Positions 30,456-42,777 are shown, counted from the stretch's first letter. The stretch is DNA of 64,000 nucleotides from a virus (IMGVR_UViG_3300027858_000004:1-64000), one strand, 5' to 3'. Notes: generated from the letters alone by a model not told the origin. Made by a program: numbers and translations.

Positions 30456-30698
30456 ATCGACAAAGATGTCTATGAATGGATTGACTTTGAACATGAGCCA
30501 ACTGGACACTATGGAAAATTAAAAGTAGGATTCAATACTAAAAAATGCACTTACTACTATATAGAGGCTGAACCACGATGGATTATGAACATTGATAGAG
30601 ATGAGGTAATTGAGAAGTTTGACACAGGCGAGTGGATACTGTTGAACTCCAGAAAGATAAGTAGACACTTAGAGACACTATGGAATCTTAGATGGTAA
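30456..30698 (+). CDS. 80-codon ORF with apparent ATC start
   Basis: AGGGGG RBS at 30442; open frame to TAA inside palindromic site 30695. Confidence 0.45.
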   Translation: MDKDVYEWIDFEHEPTGHYGKLKVGFNTKKCTYYYIEAEPRWIMNIDRDEVIEKFDTGEWILLNSRKISRHLETLWNLRW

Positions 30699-30788
30699 TG
30701 TATAATTTTTATTAACTATATAAACTAAAAACAAAATATTGAATATAACAGCAATCAAAAATTAGAGCTGAGAAAAAGGAGAATTACT

Positions 30789-31055
30789 ATGACAGAAACA
30801 CAAAAGAAAGAATTTGATGCATGGGTGGACGAACGTGAAAAAGAACTGTTTAAAGTAGAAAAATTCAAAGAGCTAGGAAAATCAGGTGATTATTTATATC
30901 AAGCCTTATCCTTCCTTGGTAATGGCTCATGGCAACTAGCTCTTGCTTCCACACTCTTGAGAGATGAGCCAAAAGTTTCTGAAGAGCTAAAATTAGAATT
31001 AAAAGAAATTCAAAGAAAACTTGGTGATTTTCAAGAAAAATTAAGAAACTTATAA
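30789..31055 (+). CDS. hypothetical protein
   Basis: AAGGAG RBS; 26-bp motif upstream. Confidence 0.75.
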   Translation: MTETQKKEFDAWVDEREKELFKVEKFKELGKSGDYLYQALSFLGNGSWQLALASTLLRDEPKVSEELKLELKEIQRKLGDFQEKLRNL

Positions 31056-31141
31056 TTCTACATCTTTTGACAAAATCTTCAACATTGTGTTAACTTAAAG
31101 ACATTAATAAACTATTAATCTTAAAATAGGAGATGATTTAA

Positions 31142-31840
31142 GTGAATATATCTGAAGAGAAGAATTATCTTTATGGAATGATGAAAGATATTACCGATGA
31201 GAGAAGACGCTTATCTGAGATGTATATGAGCTTAAAAACACGATTAGACCAGTTGAACACTCTAGAGGAAAAAGGTGTAACAGAGCTATCCACAAAAGGA
31301 TTCTTTGATATGTTTAATGACCGAGAGACAACAATTCAAATAACAAATGTGCAACGTGAGGCTCATTCTGCAATTAAACAAGAAATAGAAAAAGATATTC
31401 CAATGCCAAGAAGATATGTTGACACAGAATCAGCTATAAAAGTGGCAGAAGAAACCGTTCAGAAGATTGCAGATGAAAACCCAGCTCAACAGGTAGCAGC
31501 CACAACTATAGAATCAATTATTCCTCAAGAGAAAATAGAGGAACTTAAAGATAAGGACTTTAAAAATGCCAAAACAAAACCAAGAAAACAGGTTAAAAAA
31601 CGTGGCGCAAGAGTGATTAGTGGACTGAGTACAAAAGAAGCAAACGAACTAGTTGAAGAGATTCTAAGGGAACGCAATGAGCCTGTGCCAAATAAAGAGC
31701 TTTATGATTTAGTTGTACAAAAGAGTGGACACAAAGACGTTACACTTAAGAACTTCACAGGAAACATATTGACTCGCATATTTAAAATGAATGAGCATGT
31801 AGTACGCAGTGGAACAGGATTTTCACAATATAAAGAGTAA
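31142..31840 (+). CDS. Rok-like DNA-binding protein
   Basis: N-terminal coiled segment, basic linker KPRKQVKKRG, C-terminal winged-helix-like region ending GFSQY; own promoter (TTGACA 31067). Confidence 0.5.
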   Translation: MNISEEKNYLYGMMKDITDERRRLSEMYMSLKTRLDQLNTLEEKGVTELSTKGFFDMFNDRETTIQITNVQREAHSAIKQEIEKDIPMPRRYVDTESAIKVAEETVQKIADENPAQQVAATTIESIIPQEKIEELKDKDFKNAKTKPRKQVKKRGARVISGLSTKEANELVEEILRERNEPVPNKELYDLVVQKSGHKDVTLKNFTGNILTRIFKMNEHVVRSGTGFSQYKE

Positions 31841-31917
31841 AATAGAACTGTGAGACTATTCACAGTTCTTATTAATAACTAGCTATTATACATATTATTC
31901 GATGGGAGTGGTAGCAC

Positions 31918-32451
31918 ATGAGAATATGCAATGTTGAACATTGCAATAAGATACATGAGGCAAAAGGATATTGCAAGAACCACTATAAGAGCTTTCTAAA
32001 GTATGGGAATCCATTGCACATTGAAGAAACGAAAAAGAAAGATGAAGAGAAACGGAAAAAACGAAATTTAGAAAAACAAAATAGAGAAAAGCAATACTCC
32101 ACAGAAGGTACATGCGCTGTAAACGGATGTGATTCTCCTATTAAAGCCAAGAGGCTCTGTGACATGCACTATTCAAGAAAGAGACGCAACGGAACACTAG
32201 AGACAACTAGAAAAGCAATAGTAGTTGAGAGTGGGAAGTGTTTGGTTATTGAGTGCGACAATCCACACAAAAGAAATGGATTGTGTACAACACATTTATC
32301 CTATGAAAGATTATATGGAACTCCATATCTATTTAAAATAATTAAGCAATGTGGTGTTAAAGGCTGTGAAAGGGAGCATTTGGCAAAAGGATTATGCAAC
32401 AAGCACTATCGTGAATGGTCTATAATTAAAGATGAATATGGCTTGGAGTGA
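31918..32451 (+). CDS. protein with four CxVxxC...GxCxxH Zn-binding repeats
   Basis: Repeats CNVEHC, CAVNGC, CLVIEC, CGVKGC each followed by C..H. Confidence 0.75.
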   Translation: MRICNVEHCNKIHEAKGYCKNHYKSFLKYGNPLHIEETKKKDEEKRKKRNLEKQNREKQYSTEGTCAVNGCDSPIKAKRLCDMHYSRKRRNGTLETTRKAIVVESGKCLVIECDNPHKRNGLCTTHLSYERLYGTPYLFKIIKQCGVKGCEREHLAKGLCNKHYREWSIIKDEYGLE

Positions 32452-32509
32452 ATTAAGAAATCTGAATATTGCTATAACAGAAATCAAAAAATGAAGCGGA
32501 GGTTTTTCC

Positions 32510-35500
32510 ATGATAGTCATAGAAGGTAAAAATAGGAAATCAATAGTTTTGGAGAATTTAATTCGAAAGAGTTTTATGACAAATAATGTGTTGATTATAG
32601 ATACAGTGGGATTAAAATATCTTTCCGAAAAATCAGATTTCAAACATGTTATTCTTGAAGAATACACAAACCATAACGAGCTAATTAAGGCTTTTGAAAA
32701 AGATTATATTGAATTTTTTAGTGAGTATGATTGGATAGCATTCTATGTGAATTCAGATGTTTCTTCTATAGAGGATTTTAAAGTCCTAGACAGAAAATAC
32801 GTTCAAAACTTCATAGTCACTGTTCAAAGGAACAATGGACTAACGAATACTTACTATATTTGATATAACAGAAATCAAAATTTAGAGCTGGGGATTTTTG
32901 AAAGGGGCAAATTTAATGGAATATGAGCATAGAGATTACTTTATAAAAATTGACTTTGTGGGAGATTCAATTACACCTGTGTATCGCTTCAGATTATACA
33001 GAGAGAAGAAGTTTTGGTTCCCTAAAGCTCTTTGGGAAGAAACAATTTTCAGAGAAGATATAAAAAATTACAAGATAAGCTGTGATAAAGTTATTGATAA
33101 TTATGAAGAAAACAAAGCCAGATGGAATTAGTAAATCATTGATTTTATTAGGAAAAAGGAGGTAATTATATGTATACGCTAAAAAGTCTTGAAGAAATCG
33201 AAAAAGCAATAGACATGATGTTTCAAGAAACTGATGCTTCGCAAAGAACTAAAAGCCGACACTTACTTAAAAATCAGTTCCGCATGGCTCTAGATAAGAT
33301 AGGTGGATTAGAACGTACAAACAAAAGGTTGAAAAGTGAATTAGAACAGTTTCCAGAGTATAGGGAACAACAGCTTTTAAATTCCATTACTTCTTATTTA
33401 AGTATTTTGAGCAAATGAACATTTCGAAACAAACTAAGAATTAATAAAACTAACATTTTATAATGAAAAGAGGAAAAGAAAATGGATAAATTGTATTCAC
33501 ACTGTAAATTTTGCAAGAAGAAATTCAAGGGTAAGGATGAAGTTGTAAGCTCCATTGCAGGTGGAGGTCGTGTCTATCTTCATAATGATTGCCATTTTGA
33601 CTACTTATTAAACACCTCAGATATGCCGAGTTATTTCGACAGCTATGAAGATATGATAGCCGAGTTAACGGAAGATGGAATATTAGATTAGGAGGGATAG
33701 AATGAAAAACATAGGAATTAAAGTCAATGGAGCTTTCTTTAAACTGGATAGAGGCACTCTTACATGGGATGAACTCATTAACATGATTGAAGCAAATGGG
33801 ATTCATTATACTGGTCAGTCAGTTTGGATTGATGACGAAGGAAATATTGTAGACGGAATTTTTGATAAGAATAATAACAAATGAAATGTTCCTTTTATTA
33901 AAAGATAAGAATGGAGGTTATGAGATGTCAGAAGAGAACTTTGAACCGTACACATTTCATGATAAAGTTTTAAGTGATTTGGAAGAAAAACTGAATCACT
34001 ACAAGAAATTAGCAAAATACACTAAGAAGACGGTTAAACTAAATCAACATAAATTTAATATTAAGTTCATGGAAGGGGTTATCTTAGAATACCATAATGA
34101 GCTAATTGAAGAGTATGAATTACAATAAAAAATCTGATTTATTGGATAAAGAAAGGTGGTTAGTGAATTGTCAGAGTTTATCTATAATACTTTAATGATA
34201 GTGGTAATAGCATTTCCGTCACTGTGGTTATATTGGGAAATATATAAGGACACCTTAATAACTGATTATAGTAAATCAGAAATAGCTGGGGTATTATTGG
34301 CTTCATCAATACCAATAGCTAATTGGATTTTTATGATAATGTATGTTTATCAGCTAGACAATAATGAAGATTCGATTAAGAATTACGTGAAGAATCTAAA
34401 TGAAGTCAGAAACTGTAGAAAGTGCGACATTAGTAGTAGAGTCTATCAAATGAAGAATAATATCAATAGTGATTTAGAATGTCCACATTGTAATGTTAAA
34501 AACAGTAGCGGAGTTTTCCCTGATGGAGAGTATCCGTTCGCACCAAAATTAAATAGATTCAAAGCACTTAAACTTATAAAAAATGAACATAAGATGAAGA
34601 ATGTTGAAAAGAATTTCAAAGAATTAAAGAAGTATGACAATGAATTGGTAGCCTATGAAACGCTACAACTGAAAAAATTACAGGAGTTTGAACAAAAGGC
34701 TAATGAAATCAAAGCTGAATTAAAAATTATATAAAAGAATCGATTTATTTGGAAAAGGGGAATGACTATGAAATTGTTAATTAAATATGCACTCAATAAA
34801 TTGTTAGACAATGATAAGTTAACAGGTAAGGAACGTGGAGTAATTCATAATATCATTAAGGTGAAACTATGAAATTTAAAGAGAGAAAAGTTGTTTATAA
34901 AGATTTTCAACATAGACAGTATCTTATTGAAAACGTCCCTTATCAAGTCAGCGAAGGTATAGATGAACCAATTGATGAGGATTTAATAATCAGTGGTGCA
35001 GTCATGTTACGGTTATTAAAGATACTCGAATATATGGAGCAAAGTAAACTATTATTTTTCGAGTATGATACCGATTTAGTCTAATGTCACTGTTCTACTA
35101 ATAAATGAAGTGAGGAGAATGAATAGTGAAAGCCACAGGTAAATTTAAAATTATTATGGCTAATATGGAAAGGGAACAATTGCTCAACTTTATTTGGGTG
35201 TATGATAATTATGTAGACCTTGTTCTGCATGAAATGAAGAGCGAGGAAGATTGGGATGTTTCCCCTTTGAATATTGAAGATTTTTATCATGAAGTCTACA
35301 AGAAAGATTTTAAAGTTTAGTTAATAAAACAGTCATTTCATCATTAAACAATTGGAAAAGGAGAAATGTGTAAGTGAAAATTATTAAGACAAATTTGTCA
35401 ATTTCTAATGGTAAAATTGTTGACCATCAATCATATGTAGAAGAAGAAAAAGATTGGAATTCATTTATTGAAAAAGTTGAATCTGGATTTTTATTTTCAA

Positions 35501-38500
35501 AGAGTTATAAGGTTAAAGTTGAAAATATTGTCCATGATGATTTTCATTTGTCATGTGATGTGTTTAATTCAATTGGTGCATTCACTAAACATCTAGCATA
35601 TATTGATGGTCGTGTAATTGTTATCTAATAAAACAAATATTTTATAATGAAAAAGGAGAGAGCGACATGCCTAAATTTAAGCTGCATGAGAAGTTGAATA
35701 TTAGAACCATGAATGTAACTATCCCAATAATAATAACAAAAAGAATTAAAGTTTCGGATGTAGATAACGAAAACATTTGTTTTTATATGTATCATTTTGA
35801 GGATAGTCGAGACATCAAAGACAAATGGACATGGGATAAAGTACCTGAAGAGAATTTAATCGATATGAAATATGAAGCTTTAAAACACAAATAAACTAAA
35901 AGGAGAGCTTGCAATGTCAATGTTAAAAGCAGAAATTAAACATCTAATTAAAGAGTCCATTTTGGAAAGCTTAACGGTAAAAACAGACACCACTGAAGAT
36001 GGTGAGGTACGAGTTAGCATTTACTATGATGGTGAATATGTTGATGGAGAATTTTAATCAGTAAAATGAATATATTATAAAAGGAGAAAGTTACAGATGA
36101 AAAGACTTTTAATTGTATTATTAACAGTAGGATTACTCGTAGGATGCAATCGTGAAACTGGAGAGGAAATTAACGGAGAGATTGTTGACATCGGCAATTT
36201 AGGTAGTGGATATGATTTATTAAGAGATACTAATACAGGATGTATCTATATTAGAGAAGGAAGCTCTCAAGCATATCCGATAACACCTTATTTCGGTGAA
36301 GATGGTAAAGTTGCAGGATGTGGACAAGAGGATTTAGATAAGAGTAAGTATAATTGACTTGACATTCATTTAAAAACTAGTTAAACTAAAACTTAAGGGG
36401 ACTATAAAATGAAAAATCAAATACACGATAGATATTATGATGCGTTTGGAACTACACCAACAGAAGATGAAATTATGGACATATATAATCAATTGCCACT
36501 GAGAATAAAACTTCTAGCCACAGAGTGGGGATGGGGTGATACAGAGGTTCGTGAAGACGTAGGATTGTGGATTGATAATAACTACGAAAGAAAAGCATTA
36601 TAAGGAGGGCTCGTAAAATGAACTACTATAAAATTCATGGAAACAGAGGCTCTTACACTATTTATCACGAACAAAAATACTCAGTTGCAGAGTTGTTAGA
36701 TATATATTTCATATCAGAATTAACATGCAAAGAAGAGCAACCATATGCTGATACTTTTGATATCATAGGTCACATGTGTAGACATTATGGATTTAAGTTA
36801 CCAGTCAAGAATATAAAATATGAATGTGAAATAGATGTAAGCGAAGAAGAATTAGAATAGGAGAGATAAAATGGCAAAAATTTATAAGGTGTCTTTATAC
36901 CTTACCGATTATAATGATGAATACCATGACAAAGAACATATGGAAGTTTATCTAAATGAGCACATAAAAAAACTTTGGGTTGGAGTAAGCTGCTTAGAGG
37001 CGCAAGAGTCAATTGAATTTGAGTTCGATGATGAGCTTACAATTAACAAAGTGAGTGCAACAAAAGAAGACTATGAAGTGTTTTTCAAAAAAGGAGAAAC
37101 AGAATGAATAAAACAGAATTAATAGAAGAATTGAGAATGTCATTGCCTAGTAGAAGAATGTTAGAGGTTGTTAATATTGGAGCAGTCAAAGTTGGTGATG
37201 AGCTGATTATACTAAAGCAAAGACCAAATTACGATGTGATTGAAGAAAATATGATTGCGTACAATGAACGTCATAATGTGTATCATAATTATAAAGAATT
37301 GTTAGCCAAGAACGTTATTTTTAACACTGGTCTGTTCGGATTCAAGGGAAGAGAAGCAATTAAAAACTACTTAACGAAAGGAGAGTAAAACCAATGCGCT
37401 GGAGGTCAAAGTGGGATTACATTGCTATCGGTGACACTAGATTAATATCTAAATTTTTAATACTCCCAAAGCGTATTAGTCGTGAATGGAGATGGTTAGA
37501 GAAAGTAACGTACAGACAAGAGTGTGTAGACGAACTGAATTACGGCAGTATGGATTATGGGCATCATAAAGAATGGCGAGATAAAGAATGGGTAAAATGA
37601 GGTGAAATCATGGGAAAAGGAAAAAGTCTTCAAATATATCGAAAAATTCAGTAAGTCTAATAAACCTGTCAAGGCTACTCGATTAAGAAATAAAGACAGC
37701 AAAGATGAAGAAATGCTGGATTCTAAAGCATTAGGTATTGGATTGTATGTTTTATCATTTCTGTGTTTAATATTGGTGATAGTAATTTGTTTATAATATG
37801 AATCTATTATTCGATAAAGGAGAGTTGATTATGGGAGATGCAATTTCTAGCTTGACAGTTGTTCATGTTAATTCATATGAAGCAACTATTAAGAATAAAG
37901 ACATATTCGAATTTTATGTGGGTGAAGATGAGGTGTCCATTTCATTTAATTGTGACTATCAATATGAGGAAGTTGGTTATCCAAGATGGAAATCCATAGA
38001 ACCTCTAGATAAGGATGAAATTACTTGTATACAATTAAATTACAAAGATGGAAACACAAAAAATATCATTGTTCCATTCAAAGATGTATCGACTAGTGGC
38101 TCCTATTGTGCCAACATAAAGAGCAAATATCATGAGCATCATAGTTATTGTGAAATAATTTGGAAGAAGAAAACAGAATAAAAGTCACGATTTATCGTAA
38201 TTAAATTTGAAATGGAGGTTTTAAAATGAAATTATTCATGTGTGAAGCGGTTGCAATTGATTATGAACCAAGAAGCTTAATCGTAGCTGAAAGCGAGAAA
38301 GATGCTGCTAAGAAATTTGAGGAGTCTTTAGATGATAGTGGAGATTGGTACTCAAGCACTTCTGCTTATGAAATTAAAGAATTAGACGGTTATAGAATTA
38401 TTTTAGAACAGATAAAATAAAGAAATTATTATAAACTAGATATTGACAATATAATAAAAGTGTGTTATTATTAATTTATCAACAAGAGAGAACAAAGAAA

Positions 38501-38715
38501 ACAAAGGAGGAAGAAAAATGATATTTAGTAAAAACGATATAGATATTATATCAGGTAAGGAAGTAGTTGGAACAAATGTAATTATAGAAAGAGTAACAGA
38601 CGAAATTAAGAATAGATTATCTTTTACTCCAGACTATAGCGGTGGAGAATACATTAGAAAAGAAGAAGCTGAAATACTTGTGCTTGAACTATATAACATT
38701 TTAAAAAACATGTAA
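32510..38715 (+). other. cluster of ~23 small hypothetical ORFs, including lipoprotein 36097-36357 and membrane Zn-finger protein 34156-34734
   Basis: ORF track, RBSs; palindromic sites at many junctions; promoters with TTGACA at 36359 and 38443. Confidence 0.7.
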
Positions 38716-39028
38716 TAGATAGTTGAATAAAATGTAAAAGAGGAGTCATATGAGCGATTTACAAAATGAAAATGAAATGTTGAAAAAGGCATTGGGATTT
38801 TACGCAGACAGAGAAAACTATAAAATTTGGAGTGACACATCTAACAACTGCCCAACTAATAGTGTTCTGTTCGATGATGGTTTTAGAGCACGAATAGTAT
38901 TAAAGCTAGAAGACTAAAATCTAAAACTTTTATAAATTAGATATTGACAAACAAGAGTACTTATGTTATACTTAATTAGAAGTTAAGAGTTAACAAAACA
39001 AAAAATGAAAAATAGGAGTGTTGAGAAG

Positions 39029-41098
39029 ATGGATAAATATACTACAGTTACAGCTACAGGGGTAAAATACAATAATGAGCATGATGAGTACCATGCGTTT
39101 GAAGATGGGGTAAAAGCTGTTTTTGAGAAAACTGTCACAGAAGGTAAGAAACTATTCAAAACAAACGCAGAAGGATTGTTTGAAGTATTCTTAGATAGCT
39201 TACCAAAAGAAGCTAGACAATACTATAACTGTAACTCTTGTCGTCACTTTATTAATCGCTTTGGTGGTCTGGTAACAATCGATGATAATGGAAAAATGAC
39301 TTCTGTTATGTGGGATGTAGATTTTACACCATCATTCTTCAAAAACTCAGTTTCAGCACTTAAAAACAAAGTAATGACATCTAAAGTGAAAGGAGTTTTC
39401 GTTGGAGAGTCTAGAGTATTAGGTCAACCAATGGCTGGAGGAGAGTCACATCTATCTGTAACTATTCCAAGAGAACTAGTAAGTCGCTCTTCATTGTTAA
39501 CAGCAGGACAAGTAGCGGCAGAAATGTTGCAAGACTTTAAAATATTAACAAATGCTTTATTAGAATACTCTATTGGGACAGTGGATAAAGCTTTAACACT
39601 ATTAAACTCAGAGGCTCTTTATCGCTCAGATAGAGTATTAGGAAATGCTGAATGGTTCAAAAAAATACATGTGCAACGCAACAGCGCCAAAAACTCAACT
39701 GAGAAAACAAATATAGTATGGTTAGCAGTTGCTACAGCACCAACAGGATTCACTCATATTAAGAACAATATGATTGGTACTCTTCTAGATGATATTAGCT
39801 CAGGACTATTAGCAGAAGCAGTAGCACGTAGATTCGCTGAGAAGATGAATCCCTCAAACTACATGCGCTCAACATCAGCACCAACCCAAAATAGCATTGT
39901 AGAAGCAGAAAAAATTGTTGAAAAACTAGGTATTGCAAATTCATTGGCACGTAGATATGCAACTTTAGAGGAAATTCCTTCATTCTTATGGAAAAACAGT
40001 GGGCTTCAAAAAGTAGCTAGAGAGATTAATAGTGGTGTATTTGGAAGTATCACACCTAAAGAGAAAATTAATGCCCCTATCTCTGAAATGGCACTGCCAA
40101 GCACAACAATGACATGGGATAAATTTAAGCGCACAGTAATGCCAACAGCAGACAACTTAGAAGTACTAGTAGATAACCCTAATCGTTTCATGGCTTTAGT
40201 TACTGCTGCTGACGAGACTGCTGAGAACATTCTACAATGGAATAATCCTTTTAGCTGGTACTATCATGGTGGAGTTGACGGAGAAATCAAACGTAGAGTT
40301 GAGGATGCTGGTGGACGATACGAAAACAATGAAATTCGTGTATCTCTTATCTGGGAAGGTTTAACTGATTTAGATTTACACTGTGTTAACCCAAGAGGTG
40401 AACATATTTATTACAGCACAGGCTCAAGAAAAGATAGATTTGGTGGATATTTAGATTTAGATATGAATGGTATGGACAAGAGTAGTCAAACACCTGTAGA
40501 AAACATGAGATGGTCTTCTAACGCACCAGAAGGAAGATATAAATTCTATGTTCACAACTACAGTGAGCGAGTTAATCAATTTAAAGGAACACCATTTAAA
40601 GTTGAAATGGAAATCAATGGCAAGACATTTGTTTATCATGGTCAACCTCTACGAAATGACAGCAAAGTAACTGTATTTGAGTTCGACTATGTTAAGGGTC
40701 AACAACCTAATATTACTAACAGTGGTTCATATACTTCTGATGACACATGGACAATTCAAGCTAACAACTTTGTAAAAGTAAATGGAATCACAACATCGCC
40801 TAATCTTTGGGATGGTAATGAAAATACTCAATCAGGAAATCATGTGTTCTTCTTATTAGATGGGGTAAAAGATACTTCAGAAGGAAAAGGTCGAGGATTC
40901 TTCAATGAAATGTTGAAGCCTGAGTTACGACAAATCCGTAAAACACTAGAAGCATTCACTAAGGATACTCCTATTGAAGATGCTGAATTATCAACAGCTT
41001 GTGGGATTGGTTACAACAACGACTCCGAGTGGAATTTAACTGTGAAAGTTACAGCTAACAACTCTACAAGAATCATCAAGATTGACCGTTGGGACTAG
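39029..41098 (+). CDS. large conserved phage protein with YfaP/DUF2135-like domain
   Basis: YNCNSCRHF; SLIW...DLDLH..P...LDLD.N...VEN..W...GRYKFYVHNY; promoter at 38944. Confidence 0.8.
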   Translation: MDKYTTVTATGVKYNNEHDEYHAFEDGVKAVFEKTVTEGKKLFKTNAEGLFEVFLDSLPKEARQYYNCNSCRHFINRFGGLVTIDDNGKMTSVMWDVDFTPSFFKNSVSALKNKVMTSKVKGVFVGESRVLGQPMAGGESHLSVTIPRELVSRSSLLTAGQVAAEMLQDFKILTNALLEYSIGTVDKALTLLNSEALYRSDRVLGNAEWFKKIHVQRNSAKNSTEKTNIVWLAVATAPTGFTHIKNNMIGTLLDDISSGLLAEAVARRFAEKMNPSNYMRSTSAPTQNSIVEAEKIVEKLGIANSLARRYATLEEIPSFLWKNSGLQKVAREINSGVFGSITPKEKINAPISEMALPSTTMTWDKFKRTVMPTADNLEVLVDNPNRFMALVTAADETAENILQWNNPFSWYYHGGVDGEIKRRVEDAGGRYENNEIRVSLIWEGLTDLDLHCVNPRGEHIYYSTGSRKDRFGGYLDLDMNGMDKSSQTPVENMRWSSNAPEGRYKFYVHNYSERVNQFKGTPFKVEMEINGKTFVYHGQPLRNDSKVTVFEFDYVKGQQPNITNSGSYTSDDTWTIQANNFVKVNGITTSPNLWDGNENTQSGNHVFFLLDGVKDTSEGKGRGFFNEMLKPELRQIRKTLEAFTKDTPIEDAELSTACGIGYNNDSEWNLTVKVTANNSTRIIKIDRWD

Positions 41099-41246
41099 GT
41101 AATTGGAGGGAGATACACTCCCTCTAACTTTTATTAAGAAATTGATATTTTAATGTTAAAATGATAAGTATATATCAAAAATTTAATATGATATTGCAAT
41201 AAAAGAGGAATATTATTAAGAAAACAAAATTGGGAGGATTATATAA

Positions 41247-41642
41247 ATGAAAAAGAAATTCTTAATATTTTTTATAGGTGTTATAGCAATTGTTTCAGCA
41301 GGATGTGAAGGAACAGAGGCTGATACAGTGTCTCACAATTTGTCAAAGTCGGCAGATTCATTTGAAGTTCAACGAAGAGTGGTGTTCTTTAACGGAATTA
41401 CGGACAAATACTTATTAACTGTTGAGGGCTTATGTGCACTTAACACAGACAGTGAGAAGAAGCTAACTGTCACCTGTAAGGTTGGAGACAATCAATATAA
41501 GAAGCATTATTTAGGATTGAGCGATAATGTGAGCTACTTTGTGGAACAAACAGATGCGAAGTTCGAAGATGCTTTCCACTACAAAGTAATATTTAGACCA
41601 GAGGCAATTGTTCCAGACATTGAAATACAAACAAGCAAATAA
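41247..41642 (+). CDS. conserved phage lipoprotein
   Basis: Signal peptide with SAGC lipobox; ADSFEVQRRVVFFNGITD. Confidence 0.8.
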   Translation: MKKKFLIFFIGVIAIVSAGCEGTEADTVSHNLSKSADSFEVQRRVVFFNGITDKYLLTVEGLCALNTDSEKKLTVTCKVGDNQYKKHYLGLSDNVSYFVEQTDAKFEDAFHYKVIFRPEAIVPDIEIQTSK

Positions 41643-41726
41643 AATTCGCTAAAAGTAAAAGATAGTTATTGACATATGGCAAGTGCTGTGTTATGATTAT
41701 TAAGTAGTAAAGAAAGGGAGGAAAAC

Positions 41727-42776
41727 ATGAACTTTAGTATTTTAATACCTGAGAAGATTAATGTTGGATTTCAAAGCAGAGAAGATACCTACACAAAGAA
41801 ACTGGCATATATAATTTACTATGACCACAAAGGTGTTCTGCGCAAAGAGACATCGTGGAATAGTTGGAGAGATGAGAAAATCGAAAATATCATTGAAGAA
41901 AATGTTCCGACAAGTGGATTTGTTCTTAATAAAAAAGCTGGAGGGTATTCAAGTGGATGGAATCATCGACAAACTTATGTGCGAGTTTATGACCCACGAG
42001 GATTTGAATTTGAAATTGATGTAACTAATCTGCTATACATTCTAGAGAACACTAACTCCATTAAAGGAAAAGGATTAGAAGGAGAATTTGTTTACGGATG
42101 GGATGGTAAAGATTTAATTCTAATTCCAACTGATGCGCCTGATTACAAGGAAATCTCAGCATATAACAAGATTATACAACAAAAGACTTATATTAAAGGC
42201 AAGGAATTAATAGTTGGCGCAAAATATCTTACAAAGAACAATGAGGAATATGTGTATCTAGGTAAGTTTGATGAGTATGATTGGAATGGAACAAAGAAAA
42301 AAGGAAAATCATTCTTCTTCTATGCCGATAGAAAATATAGCAAAATTGAGACAATGAGAACATTAGGTGAAAAAATTATCTCAGTTGTAGAGGAAGAGTG
42401 TGTAGACAACTATGCAGATTTGTTTAATATACTGGAACGGAATCGTGATTACTCTCCAATTGATAAGACTAAAGATGAATATGTGGATTACACAAAAGAA
42501 GAGCTAGAAGAGGCTTTTGAGAGTAGAAGGTGGGGGAAATCGCTATATACTAAAAACAGAGAGAAACGGGAAATAAGATATTCAGACGGGATTTATTCAT
42601 ATCGAATAGAAAATCCTAAATATACCCCTTCATACGGATGGGGAAGAAGTCACAGTAATGAGCCGTACCATATAAATGTTGAATTTAGCAGTCTTGATGA
42701 GCTAATTAAAGAACTGGAGCCAAAATATTTGCGAACATATTTAGCAAATGGAAAACTATATTCGGAGGATAAATAA
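41727..42776 (+). CDS. conserved phage hypothetical protein
   Basis: VGFQ.R.DTY..KLAY...SW.SWRD, DPRGFEFEI; promoter at 41669. Confidence 0.8.
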   Translation: MNFSILIPEKINVGFQSREDTYTKKLAYIIYYDHKGVLRKETSWNSWRDEKIENIIEENVPTSGFVLNKKAGGYSSGWNHRQTYVRVYDPRGFEFEIDVTNLLYILENTNSIKGKGLEGEFVYGWDGKDLILIPTDAPDYKEISAYNKIIQQKTYIKGKELIVGAKYLTKNNEEYVYLGKFDEYDWNGTKKKGKSFFFYADRKYSKIETMRTLGEKIISVVEEECVDNYADLFNILERNRDYSPIDKTKDEYVDYTKEELEEAFESRRWGKSLYTKNREKREIRYSDGIYSYRIENPKYTPSYGWGRSHSNEPYHINVEFSSLDELIKELEPKYLRTYLANGKLYSEDK

Positions 42777-42777
42777 C

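Larger units (their letters stand above)
15241..32890 (+). repeat. Dispersed ~26-bp motif TATAACAGAAATCAAAAATTAGAGC (8 copies), candidate operator
   Basis: Copies at 15241, 17762, 25241, 28602, 28685, 30744, 32473, 32864, mostly just upstream of RBSs. Confidence 0.8.
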
